A stretch of DNA of 64,000 nucleotides from Anthoceros angustus (Eukaryota; Plantae; Anthocerotophyta). The position numbers were made by a program, and so were the translations under genes. The notes below the pieces were generated by a model. It searched no databases. It had not been told where the DNA came from and saw only the letters and a program-made list of their open reading frames with translations. This document shows positions 36,314-48,600 of the stretch, in pieces. Numbering within the stretch: position 1 is the first letter of the stretch; each line of letters opens with the position of its first letter. The stretch is from the NCBI GenBank assembly GCA_010909165.1, contig MU008168.1, positions 1,054,001 through 1,118,000 on the forward strand. The letters run 5' to 3'.

Positions 36314-39300
36314 ATGGCCACAGTATGGCAACCGGACCCGTTGTGGACCCAACAAATTGGTGTGTGTACAGGGATACTAGCAGGAGCTCCCGCTCACCTC
36401 ACCTCAGGGAGTCAAGCCCTGGCAAACGACCAAGCCTTCAGGTGCAACAGTGTAAGGAGCACAGCACTTCCACTTCCGACAAAATGTGTGGGTGGGGACG
36501 GATTTTCGAGCGATCGTCGGCGCCAGGAGCAGGAGCACTTGTGGCAACAATTTTTCTGGACCCTGCAATGTGGTGGGACAGCAGACGAGATAAGATGAGC
36601 TCCCGTTCCCCTGACTTTCGGTGTAACGGGTCTGACGAGGTCCTGTGGTTAAACAACATGTTCAAGCCTGCTTGGGTTGATGAGCAGCTCGTTTCCTTGG
36701 ATATGCAGATGGGCCATGGTGCCTTTCCTTCCAAGTCGAGCTCTCCGGAGAAGCCTGAACCTGTCAGGCGTGCAGGATCAGAAATGGGCGTCGTAACGGC
36801 TGGAACCGTGAGCATGTTATGTCAGCAGGGGAAGCTTTGTGAGGCCGCTGAAGCCCTGGAATCTCTGGCGCAGACAGATTCTGCCATTTCTCAGTCCCTG
36901 TTTTACACCGTGCTGAAACTGTGTGCAGCTAAGAAGGATATGGTTGTGGGGCGACGAGTACATGATCTCGCTGCCAAACTTGGGTACGAGTCTAATACAT
37001 ATTTGGGGAACCATATCTTGCGCATGTATGCATGTGGAGGTAGGCTGCAGGATGCCATGCACGTGTTCACTAGGGTGGGCAAACCAGATACCTTCATGTG
37101 GTTTTCCATAACGCTAAACATGGGAAGCCTGAACAGGCCATACAACTGTACCATGAGATGCGTGGATCAGGAGTGAAGGCGAATGGTCACGTCTTTGTAG
37201 CAGCCCTTCAAGCTTGTGCATTTGCCACCGACTTGGAATCTGGCAGACAAGTGCACAGTGATGTGTTGCACTGTGGCATTCCAACTAACTTGTTTGTTGG
37301 CACCTGCCTGGTGGACATGTATGCAAGATGTGGCGAACTGGAAGATGCACGCCGGGTTTTTGAAAGCTTGGCCACAAAGGATGTGGTGACATGGAATGCC
37401 CTGATTGCTGGGTATGCACAGCAAGGGCTCGGAAAGAGGCGCTTGTTGTATGGACAAATGGAGCAGGAGGCCTGATTTTGGCTAACCATGTTACTTTTGC
37501 TTGCCTTCTGAAGGCCTGTGCAAGCACTGGTGCCTTACAGAAGGGCAGGCAGCTGCACTCACAGATTGTTGAAAGAGGACTGATGTAGTGGTGGGCAACT
37601 GCCTGGTGGACATGTATGCAAAATGTGGTGAACTGGAAGATGGCCAGGTTTTGACAGCTTGGCCACAAAGGATGTGGTGACATGGAATGCCCTGATTGCT
37701 GGGTATGCACAGCAAGGGCTCACAGAGGCGCTTGTGTATGGACAAATGGAGCAGGAGGGCCTGATTTTGGCTAACCATGTCACTTTGCTTGCCTTCTGAA
37801 GGCCTGTGCAAGCACTGGTGCCTTACAGAAGGGCAGGCAGCTGCACTCACAGATTGTGGAAAGAGGCGCTTGTGTATGGACAAATGGAGCAGGAGGGCCT
37901 GATTTTGGCTGACCATGTTACTTTTGCTTGCCTTCTGAAGGCCTGTGCACTGGTGCCTTACAGAAGGGCAGGCAGCTGCACTCACAGATTGTTGAAAGAG
38001 GACTGCTGGATGATGTGGTGGGCAACTGCCTGGTGGACATGTATGCAAAATGTGGTGAACTGGAAGATGGTTTTGACAGCTTGGCCACAAAGGATGTGGT
38101 GACATGGAATGCTGATTGCTGGGTATGCTCAGCAAGGGCTCGGGCAAGAGGCGCTTGTTGTTAGACGAATGGAGCAGGAAGGCCTGATTTTGGCTAACCA
38201 TTTTACTTTTGCTTGCCTTCTGAAGGCCTGTGCAAGCACTGGTTCCTTCCAGCAGGGCAGGGAGCTGCACTCACAGATTGTTGAAAGAGGACTGCTGGGT
38301 GATGTAGTGCTGGGCAACTGCCCGGTGGACATGTATGCAAAATGTGGAGAACTGGAAGATGGTTTTTGACAGCTTGGCCACAAAGGATGTGGTGACATGG
38401 ACAGTGCTAACTGCTGGGTATTCCCAGCAAGGGCTCGGACATGATGCACTTTTAGTGTATGGACAAATGGAGCAGGAGGGGGTGATTTTGGCCAACCATG
38501 TCACTTTGCTTGCCTTCTGAAGGCTGTGCAAGCACTGGCGCCTTACAGATGGGCAAGCATCTGCACTCACAAATTGTGGAAAGAGGACTGCTGGATAGCA
38601 TAGTGTTGGGCAACTGCCTGGCGGACATGTATGCCAAATGTGGTGAACTGGAAGATGCACGCCAGGTGTTTGACAGCTTGGCCACAAAGGATGTGGTGAC
38701 ATGGAATGCCCTGATAGCTGGGTATGCACAGCAAGGACTGGGCTAGGAGGCGCTTATTCTGTCTGGACAAATGGAGCAAAATGGTCCCACTTTGGCTGAC
38801 CATGTTACTTTTGCTTGCCTTCTGAGGGCCTGTGCAAGCACTGGGGCCTTACAGATGGGCAGGCAGCTGCACTCACAGATTGTCAAAAGAGGACTGCTGG
38901 ATGACGTAGTGTTGGGCAACTGCCTCGTGGACATGTATGCCAGATGTGGTGAACTGGAAGATGCACGCTGGGTTTTTGACAGCTTGACCTCAAAGGATGT
39001 GGTGACATGGACGGCGCTGATTGCTGGGTTTGCTCAGCAAGGGCTCGGACTTGAGGCCCTTGTTGTGTATCGACAAATGGAGCAGGAAGGTCTGACCGTC
39101 GCTAACCATGTTACTTTTGCTTGCCTTCTGAAGGCCTGTGCAAGCACTGGCGCCTTAAAGATGGGCAGGCATCTCCACTCACAGATTGTGGAAAGAAGAC
39201 TGCTAGATAATATATTGGTGGGCAACTGCCTGGTGGACATGTATGGGAGTAAACTAAAGGGAGTAGGATGGGAGGTCCCATTAGAAGAATCCCATTTATA

Positions 39301-39761
39301 GAGTTCCCAATTAGGGGGGGCCGACTGTACATCGATTTTTAGTGGGAGAAAGAAGAGAGGACATTGCGCTTAAGGCAGAGATCACGAATGCACGTGTGAA
39401 GCAGGAAGGAGGCCACGTACCTCACACAAAATTGGTGTGGAGGCCACTGTGTGAGAAGGAAAAGGAAGATGCGCTTTGTGGGCATGCCGAGAAGCTAGCT
39501 CTGGCGTTTGGTTTTTGAACACTCCAAGTTGGACACCTCTGGTGGTAACGAAAAATCTACGCATGTGCAGTGATTGCCACAGTTCCAACAGTCAACACAC
39601 TGTTACTCGTCGGACTCACAAAGCACCAAAAAGTACTCTGTGGAGGTTTCCAGCCCACGGAGATCATGTCGAGGGTTGAACAGAGAGACATTGTTGTTAG
39701 GGATGGGTACCGTGTCCATCGATTTGCAGTTGGCTCTTGCAGTTGTAAGGGTCGACTGTGA
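36314..39761 (+). pseudogene. PLS-class PPR gene with N-terminal PDF-like motif and DYW:KP-type deaminase (ends GRL*), disrupted (locus A)
   Basis: MATVWQPD...LWQQFF/LDPAMWWDSRRDK...SPDF. P-L-S triplets VVTWNALIAGYAQQGLG / HVTFACLLKAC / GNCLVDMYAKCGELEDA. Deaminase motifs GHAEKLALAFG, KNLRMCSDCH and HRFAVGSCSCKGRL*. The locus has multiple frameshifts, has lost the E domains, and has a 70-bp insertion in the DYW domain. Confidence 0.88.
37380..39245 (+). repeat. Tandem array of near-identical 306-bp PLS-triplet units (6 units plus one partial)
   Basis: GATGTGGTGACATGG starts at 37380, 37671, 38093, 38386, 38690 and 38996. An intact unit is 306 bp (P36+L35+S31 aa). Confidence 0.92.
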
Positions 39762-42409
39762 GAATAATGAAGAACTAGCCATTGGTACCTTATTCTTCTT
39801 GCTTAACCCCAGAAGAGTCACGCGCACATTTACGGGGTAGGTAAAAGCCGTAGAATGTGGAAAGAATTATACGTCATTTTATTCGTGTTTATCTATTTTA
39901 TATGCGTTTGTAAACCTAAAACCTTATTTACATAATAACTCTAAACATCTAGAACCCAAAATGGGGGATATGGAGACTACGTAAAAAACCCTAAATAGGG
40001 AAACATGGAGACTCTAAAAAAATTCAGAGATGCCAAGTCCCATCCACATGGAGGCCATGGCAAAAATCCACTAGAAGGCACCTATTTTATATACGTTTAT
40101 ATATATAAAATCTTAAACACACAGTTACAAGTTACATATGTGAAACCCCAAAATACACAAACCCTAAGCACGCACTTACCCGATGGGATACATAAAATTC
40201 CTAGAACGTGCAAAGAATCATTTTTTGAAGACTTATGTGATGATACATAAGGGGTATTACTTTTTGTAGGCTTATCGGCTACAAAAGGGCCATCTTCATA
40301 AGGATCTGGCGTAGATGGAACATCATCATAGGGATTTGGCTCGCCTGCTATAGGTGGGCCATCTCCAAAAACTTCATTGGGTGCATTTGCAAAAGCCATC
40401 GGGCCATTTTCAAAGGAATTGGAGATGTGGCCCAGCAGGATTAGAAGTAACATCATCTACATTTTGTATGAAATCTAAAATAAAATCAATAAATTCTTCA
40501 ACACTTGATAGTCTAGGAACAACATACTTCGACATCGCATTGAAAATCAATTGGTCTGCATCTTGCCTTGGATGGAATTGATCAAACCAAACATCATCAC
40601 TTATATCAATGTTGCAAATGTTTGCAGTAGCATTGCATCAATGTGATGAAGCATCGACCCTAAACCCTGCTCCACAACAAACTACATTCTTCTTAAAGCT
40701 ATGTACGGCGGGATTATGAGATATATCATATGTCACATTGAACAATGGCGCAATGTGAATCTTTCACTCAGGAAATTATGATTGAAACTGGTCACACTTA
40801 GTTGGAAGTTCTACATTGAATTCATGTACCCACTTGTTCACATGATAGACACATCTTGAAGTATTTGTTTGTTTAAAATGTGCTGTGATATAAGGCACAC
40901 AACCTAGTGTTGGAATATCATGTCCGCTATGGAAAAGAACCAAGCCCCTAAACCACTTAGATTCTTAAGAAAGCGAGTATAAAATTTTCCCAAGCACATT
41001 CGGCCCTAAATCCGTAGTTAGATTATGACCAGCCATTATATGTTGTGTTATGTCATTTGTTCCCACCGAGATATGAAATAAGCTTCTTTTAATATGAGCA
41101 GTAGTCTCCTTAGATCTAATTGATATTTATAATGAAGTTAACATATCCTCACTGAACAATAAAAGTTGTTTTGATAATAGAATCACGTTACTATAATGTT
41201 TACCAATACCATACTGAACAACAAAAGTTGTTTCGATAATGGAATCATGTTACCATAAGTTTTACCAATATCATCAAGCAGGCTAGCACTTGATGATTCA
41301 AAATTGATATGTGGACCTACAACAAATGCGAGATCGGTCGCATGAAGAAAACAAGAGGATAATAAGGGAGGTTTAATTTAGGGGCCAACATGTCGATAAG
41401 AAGTTTTCCATTAGATTTTTATTACCAACATCAATTATTGAATCTCGAAATATTGTCATTCGTATTGCCACATTATCATTACAAGCTACTATAGTTACCT
41501 AAAAATAGCGGCAAGTTACCTAAAAATTTAGTTTTCTCCAAAAGCCATAGCCCTTTGCCTGTACAATAAATGAAAGATGATATGCAAAAGCCCATAAATA
41601 TCCTCTAGAAAATTCGATCGTAAATGTGAACGCAAAAGCCCATAGACATCCTGGATCAAAGCCGGCCGCCAGAGTGAGAGCGAGATAAGTGGCCTTAACC
41701 GAGATAATTTGGTATTTTGAAAATATTAATGAAATTAGTTTAGTATTCCATTTTTTGTAGGTAGGAATTCATCATGAACAGCCACGTCTTCCTTACGTCT
41801 TCCCGTCACCTTTTGCCAACGGCAGGAAAATACAGTGCAGTAGTGTACACTGGGAATGAGGGTGAAAAGCTGTGGTGATATTGAAGTTGAAGAGAGCTCG
41901 TGTGTGAGAGATGGAATTGGCTTGTGCATCTACATCGGAAAGCAGAAAGCGGAAAGCGGACATGAAGGACACAGGGAGAAAGACTGAGGAAGGAAGACAA
42001 TCTGTTCCGTTCCGTTCCGTTCCGTTCCCAGCCACCCCACCTGATTGAGGAGGTGGGAACAATTGTTGGACACTTCAGCCGAGATCCACCACACTGATGG
42101 TAGGGAAGGTGCGGGAGAGCAAAGAGCCATTCTCCCTCATCATTTTCAAAAATGCCGCTGGCTGTCACTCACCCAATGAAGGTTACACATTCAGGGCAGA
42201 GCAGGGGAGGGGAGGGCAAGGCAGGGCAAGGCAAGGCATGGCAAGGCAAGTAAACGCCCAGGCCACGGCAGGGCCGAGGCAGCAGGTGATGGATGGATGT
42301 GAATGGGTGGATGAATGGATCTCATGGGTCATGGATGAACGGATCTCATGGGTCATGGATGGATCATGGATGCCGTCACCTACAACAACGCTACTGTGCT
42401 GCTAAGGAA

Positions 42410-43858
42410 TCAAATCAAGCTCTGCACTTTTCTGGATTTGGACATGCTGAGGTTACGCACCACCAGTTTGCCGGACACGCCATAGAGGTCGATAGAGTAC
42501 TGCACCAATCGCTCCTTCACGGAAGGCAGCCGAATGCAAGTGCCACACAACAGGAACTGGAAGTTGCCGTTCAACCTCTTCCTCACAAAAAACTCGCCAA
42601 TTCTGCCGCACACCCTGCAGGCGTGCCGGAAGTATAGCGATCTCCACTGCATTGCAAATTGCAAATCGTAATTCCGTTAGCCCAGAAGCAGCAATGTAGG
42701 CAGCCACAGAAAGCAGAAGCCAATGTTTGTTCGTACAGGAAATGCCGTGGTAGACCATCGAGGATGTCTAGGCAGCGCCCACCCGTTTTGCTGACATTCA
42801 CGCTTGAACACGATCTCGCATTGCCTGGCCCAAGAGCGGCAAACCTGGTGACAGACGTCACAAACAGCATCACATTTAGCACCACGGCAGCAGCATCATC
42901 GGGCTACCCGAGGACTGCTCCAACAGAGAGAAGAGATCTGCACCAACCCGAGATGCTTGCAGCAGAGTTCCTGGAGGAAGCTTCTCCAGGACGAGCAACA
43001 AGAGGTTCTCCTCGCCCAACTCGGTGAGCCTCTGCACCACGCCCTTGGCAGCCTCGGCCAGCCCGGCGCCGTTGCCCCGTCTGCAGAGCTTGCAAGAGGT
43101 GGTGCATCCTTCACCTGGAGGCAGCGCTGTCAGCCCATCACATCACAACCCAACATCCTCCAGCATGCAATCCGACGGCACGTACCGAGCCCTCGAGCAG
43201 AAGGAGTCGTCCCCGTGTCCAACATCCGATCACGCTGCGCAGCAGCAACATCTCCCTCCCTCACATCTCTGGCCAAGCACGCAGCAGCGGCGGCTGCCGC
43301 TGCCTTCCTCCTGTTTCTGCGTCTCTCGGCATCATCCAATTCCTCGCAGCATCGCTTCCGCTTGCATTTCTCAAACAGCCTGGCGCTCTTTCGCAGCTTC
43401 TTGGCCAGCAAGCGCGCGCTCTTCCTCCTCGAGTGCGAGCAGCTGCTGCCGCCCTTCCTCTTCCTGTCCCCGGACGGCAACCCAGAAGCAGGAGGAGCGG
43501 GAGCCGCGGGCTCCGTGGCCGGGGGCTGGACGTGGCACTGCGGGAGCTTGCATCGCTGCATCCCGCAGTTGGGCAGCAGGTACTCCGCCAGATCCTCCTC
43601 CGGCAGCACGCACTCCGGGAGCTTGCAATTCAGGAGCCCGCAGCGCGGGATGTTGCACTCCGGGATGCGGCAGTTGCGGATCCCGCACAGCGGCAGCCCG
43701 CTCTCCCGCATGATCTGTGCCTTGCTGCGCATCTGGAAGCGGACCACCTTCATCTTCGTCTTGCGCTGCGCCCGCCTCCTAGGCCTGCTGCTCCTGCTAC
43801 CGTACTTCTTCTTCCCCATCAAAGATCGCAGCCGGCCTTGCAGGCGCGAGCGCATCAT
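42410..43858 (-). CDS. F-box protein with a basic, Cys-periodic N-terminus and a CxxC...CxxC C-terminal region; 4 exons
   Basis: Exons join in frame through GT-AG introns: ...PSARGL|ALPPG...LTELGEENLLLLVLEKLPPGTLLQASR|VCRSWARQC...TTAFP|WRSLYFRHACRVCGRIGEF...LLCGTC...SLI*. The F-box pattern L..L....LL..L..LP...L..A.RVCR.W is present. First ATG is at 43858. Confidence 0.72.
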
Positions 43859-45463
43859 CCTCGTCCACCGTCTTGTACAGGATTCCACCGCGTGAGCTGT
43901 TGGGTATGCATCAATTCAGTCCAACCTTTGCAATGTGTGTGCACACGAGTGACTGATCCATGTTCATGACAAGACGAGAGTGCGGTGCTGTGGTGGTGGT
44001 GGCCAGCACTTGCTTCTTCTTCCTTCCCGCTGCCACAACATCCTCATCCTGGAGATGGAGTTCAAGGCAGCACACATGGATGTTTGTTTCTCTTCACTTC
44101 CTCCAGAGCCACTCCTCCATCATCCGCTTCTGGGTGCCATCACAGAATGCACAGCAAGAATCCTAGCAATGCTCGGCAGTGGGCACAGCACAGCAAGTGG
44201 AACCAAGCTCAAGGAAGGAATTGCGCAGGCAGATCAGGTGCACAGATAGATATCTCTCATCTCCTCTGGACAAGGTCCCGATTTTACATGTGCATGTGCA
44301 TTGGGTCCTCCTTGCCCTTGCACTTGCCCTTGCCCTTGCCCTTGCTTGCAGCAGCGGGACACACATCCAACACACACATGGTCATGAACCTGAACCAGGC
44401 CGCTTCAAGGATACGAATCCATCTCAGAATCTTCATTGAACGGAACGGCTGGTGTGTGTGCTGTGGTTATGTAGCATTGGATTGGTTCAGTGCTGAAGCA
44501 TGCCCGACCAAGAAAAGAGGAACAAGAGGAGACAGATGTGTTGCAGGGGGTGCAGGGCTCCCACCTGTTGGAGATGGGGCTCCGAGGTGACGACGTGGTG
44601 GTGGGTGGTGGTGATGGTGCTCGTACTGGGTTGGTCTAGGGCATTGCATTATTCACACGCCCCATCATCCAAGGAGAAGGGAGAGGGGCGGGGCGACCAG
44701 CAAACACCCTGATCCTGCACTCACCGGCATGACCAAGGGGCTGCCTGGCGAGCAAAGGGCTCTCAGAGGCCCGAGAGAGGCGCGGAGATCGCAGAGGACC
44801 GACGCCTCCACGACACTTCACCTACATATAAATACCCGTGCATAAAATCATATTCGATTTGCACTCCCGTTACGTAAAATTCGCTTTTGCTCTCGTCAGC
44901 TTGCTTCGTCGGCAGGTCCGTATGTGGATACCTCAACAAACCCTGGAAAGCCCGCCCTTTGCCCGTTCCCCCCGGAGGTCGCCCATCCTATGTCGGTAGT
45001 ATTTGAGTTCAGTAGAAACTCAGGCGATGGAAGGAAGACATACATATTTGGACGATGTACTCAGCGTCAGACGAGGTACGTACCAATCGAGGTAATGTAC
45101 TTATTGTCGATAGATTGTATCACTAAAGCAAAACTATTTACATCAAGGCAGCCTACACAAAACCAACTGCCATTGGTGGTGGATTCAGAGAAAGGAAGCA
45201 GCGCACGCCGTGATTCCCAAGACTTACAGACCTACTGGACAAGAGTGTTGAGTTTCCTAATAGGAGTGTGGGATTCCTCGCTCGTCATCGGTACACCTCC
45301 AACTTCTGCATACCACGGTACAGAAATGTGTCCTGCTCAATTCCTAGCATGTGTTAGTCTCGGTCACTGTGAGCTCGTGTGGCACTCAGCAGCAAGAAGA
45401 AGAGTGGGAGGTGACTCCCAGCAAGACCCATCTGACAAGCATGGGACGATTTCTCTCAATGGT

Positions 45464-45472
45464 TTAGGGTTT
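45464..45472. promoter_or_regulatory. telo-box (TTAGGGTTT) upstream of NRPA1
   Basis: Exact motif 100-220 bp upstream of the candidate ATGs. This fits the known enrichment of telo-boxes in ribosome-biogenesis promoters. Confidence 0.5.
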
Positions 45473-45685
45473 AAGGCGGTGTGGAGATATTAGTATGTGG
45501 CTAGCAGGAGATTGGCGAGGACAAAGTTTTGAGATGTCAAAATAATAAGGGGGGATTCTTGGGGAATTTCAAACCATGGCTCGGCTTCAGGGACGCCCTG
45601 AGGTGGGTGTGGCTCGCTTGTGCGCAGCTTGTTGGAGTTGAATGATTTTATGTTCTATGCTCCTGGATGGTGACAGTGGGAAATT

Positions 45686-48600
45686 ATGGTGCTGCGTCAG
45701 GCTGTGAGCGCACAGGTGGACGCCGTCAGATTTGCATTCTACACCGATGCAGAAGTACGCAGGATCAGTGTAAGGCAAATTACCAGCCCTGTCTTATTCG
45801 ACAGTTTAAAGATAGCTGTGAAGGGCGGCCTATATGACCCTGCTCTTGGTCCCGTCGAGCAAAATGTCAAGTAAGCCCCTGCTTTTCTGTCACTTGTGAC
45901 TGAACCCGGGCTAGGCTTCACTGACTTCACGACCGTGGCTCTTGACCCGCTTCTCTGATTGTCATTCTCTCCGTGATCAGGTGTCCTACCTGTGGGGAGA
46001 ACACTTTCCAGTGTCCTGGACATTTTGGGCATATCAGCTTGATTCTGCCTGTATACAACCCCATGGTTTTCAAGATGCTAGTCAAGACACTGCGTTGCAT
46101 ATGCATCTACTGCCATCATTTCAGGATGAAGAAGGATGATGTAATATTTACCTCCTGCTGGTGGGTTGGAAAGTCTTTCTGCGCATCTTCAGTTCAAGAA
46201 CATTGACCCCTTGTACATGACACAGGTGGCTGCATTCGCTAAAAAACTTGCTCTTGTAGCAACTGGTTGCATGGTGGAGGCTATGGCCATCCGCACACAG
46301 AATACACAAAAGGATGAGGAAGGCAATGAAGATGTCCAAGAGATTAAAATGCTTGATGATTGGGGAGCTATATCATATGCAGACAAAGCTGAGCTGTCCA
46401 AACCGGAGGGTGAGGGTGAACTGCGCTTGACTTCTGTTCAGGTGTCTTCTCTGAAGGACATCATCAAGCAGTTTTTTGAAGCCATGCCGAAGCAAAAATG
46501 TGGCAATTGTGACGCTAATGTTCCTGCTTTCAAACCTGAAGGCGTTGGGAAGATTTTTCAGGTGCAGCAGTGCGCATGCATAGCTTGTGCTTCTGGGTGT
46601 GTGCACGTTGGGGAGCTTGTATTCTAGGATATCACTGTCCTTGTTGTATTGTTAACCTGTTGGAAATGTTGTAGATACCTCTTGTCAAGAGCCGCCTCCT
46701 TGCAAACCTCATGAAGAATAAGGTGTTTGATCCAAAGACATTCTTGAGGGGGATTGCAGTGAAGGGCGATCCTTCTGAGGAGGAGGAGGAGGAGGAGGAG
46801 GAGCGGGAGGATGAGCTCCGTGAGGACTTACGGCCTTCAGATGGAAAGAAAAGGAGAAATGGTCATGGAGTGTCAGGGCATGTAGATGTTGTTCCGAAGC
46901 CGCCGAAGGGAAAGAAAGCAGCATATGCCATTAACCCTAAGGATCTAGAGCAGCGCAGTGAGCCCCGGTTCCTGACAAGCATGGAGGTCATCTTCCTGTG
47001 TAGAAGAGTTTCTGCAGTCTTCTGGCCTGTTACTTGGTCCACATTGTTCTGACAATGCTGCCTTGGGAGTGACATCTTGGTCTTGTCATTCACAGGTCAG
47101 GGAACACATGAGGCTGTTGTGGGAGCGAGAGGCCCAGATCTGTTCTCTTATTTGGGGAATTAATCAGTTCAGAGAGTCTACAGCTGCCTCTCCTGACTCA
47201 ACAAACAGTTCCTCAATGTTTTTCCTCCATGACATTCTTGTTACCCCCAATAGGTTTCGTCCCCCAAACAAGATGGGTGAAGATGTAAGTTTCTTGCTCG
47301 TTTGGAGTTTTTAGCATTTGTTGCTTGGTTGTAGTGTTGATTCCTATTTGTGGGTACTGTCCTCCAGCTCTTAGAGCATCCACAAAACGTCTTCTACAGT
47401 AAGGTTGTTCAAGCAAATATGACTCTCACAGAAGCAGCAAGAAATCCAAAGGTTGACTTGTCCAAGGCAACTCAATTGTGGTTGAATTTACAAAACAGCG
47501 TGAATGCACTGTTGGATAGCTCCACTGGTAAGCACCCAACTCCTCTGCAAACTTATTTCAACTATGTGCAGTTGCAGCTTGCATCCACTTTGTCTACTGT
47601 AGCTGGAGTTAGCATGGTGTATGGTACATGCTACATCACTGTCTCTTTCCTGGTCAAACAGCTGGTAAGCAAACTGCTGACACGGGAGCTGGAGTGCGGC
47701 AATTGCTGGAAAAAAAGGAGGGCTTGTTCCGTATGAACATGATGGGAAAGCGTGTCAATTATGCGTGCCGTTCTGTCATTTCGCCTGATCCTTACATTGC
47801 TGTCAACGAAATTGGCATTCCTCCGTACTTTGCTACGCGGTTGACGTATCCAGAGGTGAGGAGCTAGTCTTGAGATTCTGGAGTTCTTTTATTTGCTTGA
47901 GGCACCCAGCTGGTTTATGGTATGACGCCCTTGTGGCAGAGAGTGACACCTTGGAATGCTCAAGTAATGAGAAAGGCTGTGGAGAATGGAGCAAATGCTC
48001 ACCCGGGGGCAACTCATGTTGAGGATGAGCAAGGAAATGTCACTAGCCTGGATCGTCTTCCCAAGTTCAAAAGAATCGCTCTTGCAAAGACACTCCTCTC
48101 TACACCTGGAGCTGCCACTTCTAGCACTCCTGGTGGGTCTCATTCTGAAATCGCGAATGGGGGGAAAGCTGCAGGGAAAATCGTGTATAGGCATTTGAGA
48201 GATGGAGACATCTTACTGGTCAATCGACAGGTGAGGGGAGCCAGCCTCCAGTGCTGTTGTGCCATGCAGGTAGGACTGCGTAATTTTCAGTTGTCTGTTA
48301 AGAAGTCGCTGACACATTTGGTTGTGCCAATCAGCCAACTCTTCACAAACCAGGAGTGATGGCACATCGTGCGCGTGTTCTCAAGGGCGAGAAAACGCTT
48401 CGATTGCATTACGCAAACTGCAGGTGCTGATGTGGGACTGTACGAGTGCACTCATCGATTCTTGAGTGCAATATGACATCTTATTCAGCCTTGTTGTTGA
48501 TTTGAAAAGAAACTCTGTTTGGTGTTATCTTCAGCACGTACAATGCAGATTTTGATGGGGATGAGATGAATGTTCATTTCCCGCAAGAAGAAAAGGGACG

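Noticed and set aside
42957-43895. 312-aa + strand ORF and overlapping ORFs
   Set aside because: Antisense to the F-box gene and explained by high GC content.
43960-45450. ORFs (43985-44590, 44924-45493) and a TATA-like TATAAATA near 44828
   Set aside because: Low-complexity or microsatellite-driven ORFs in the divergent F-box/NRPA1 promoter region. The TATA cannot be assigned to a gene.
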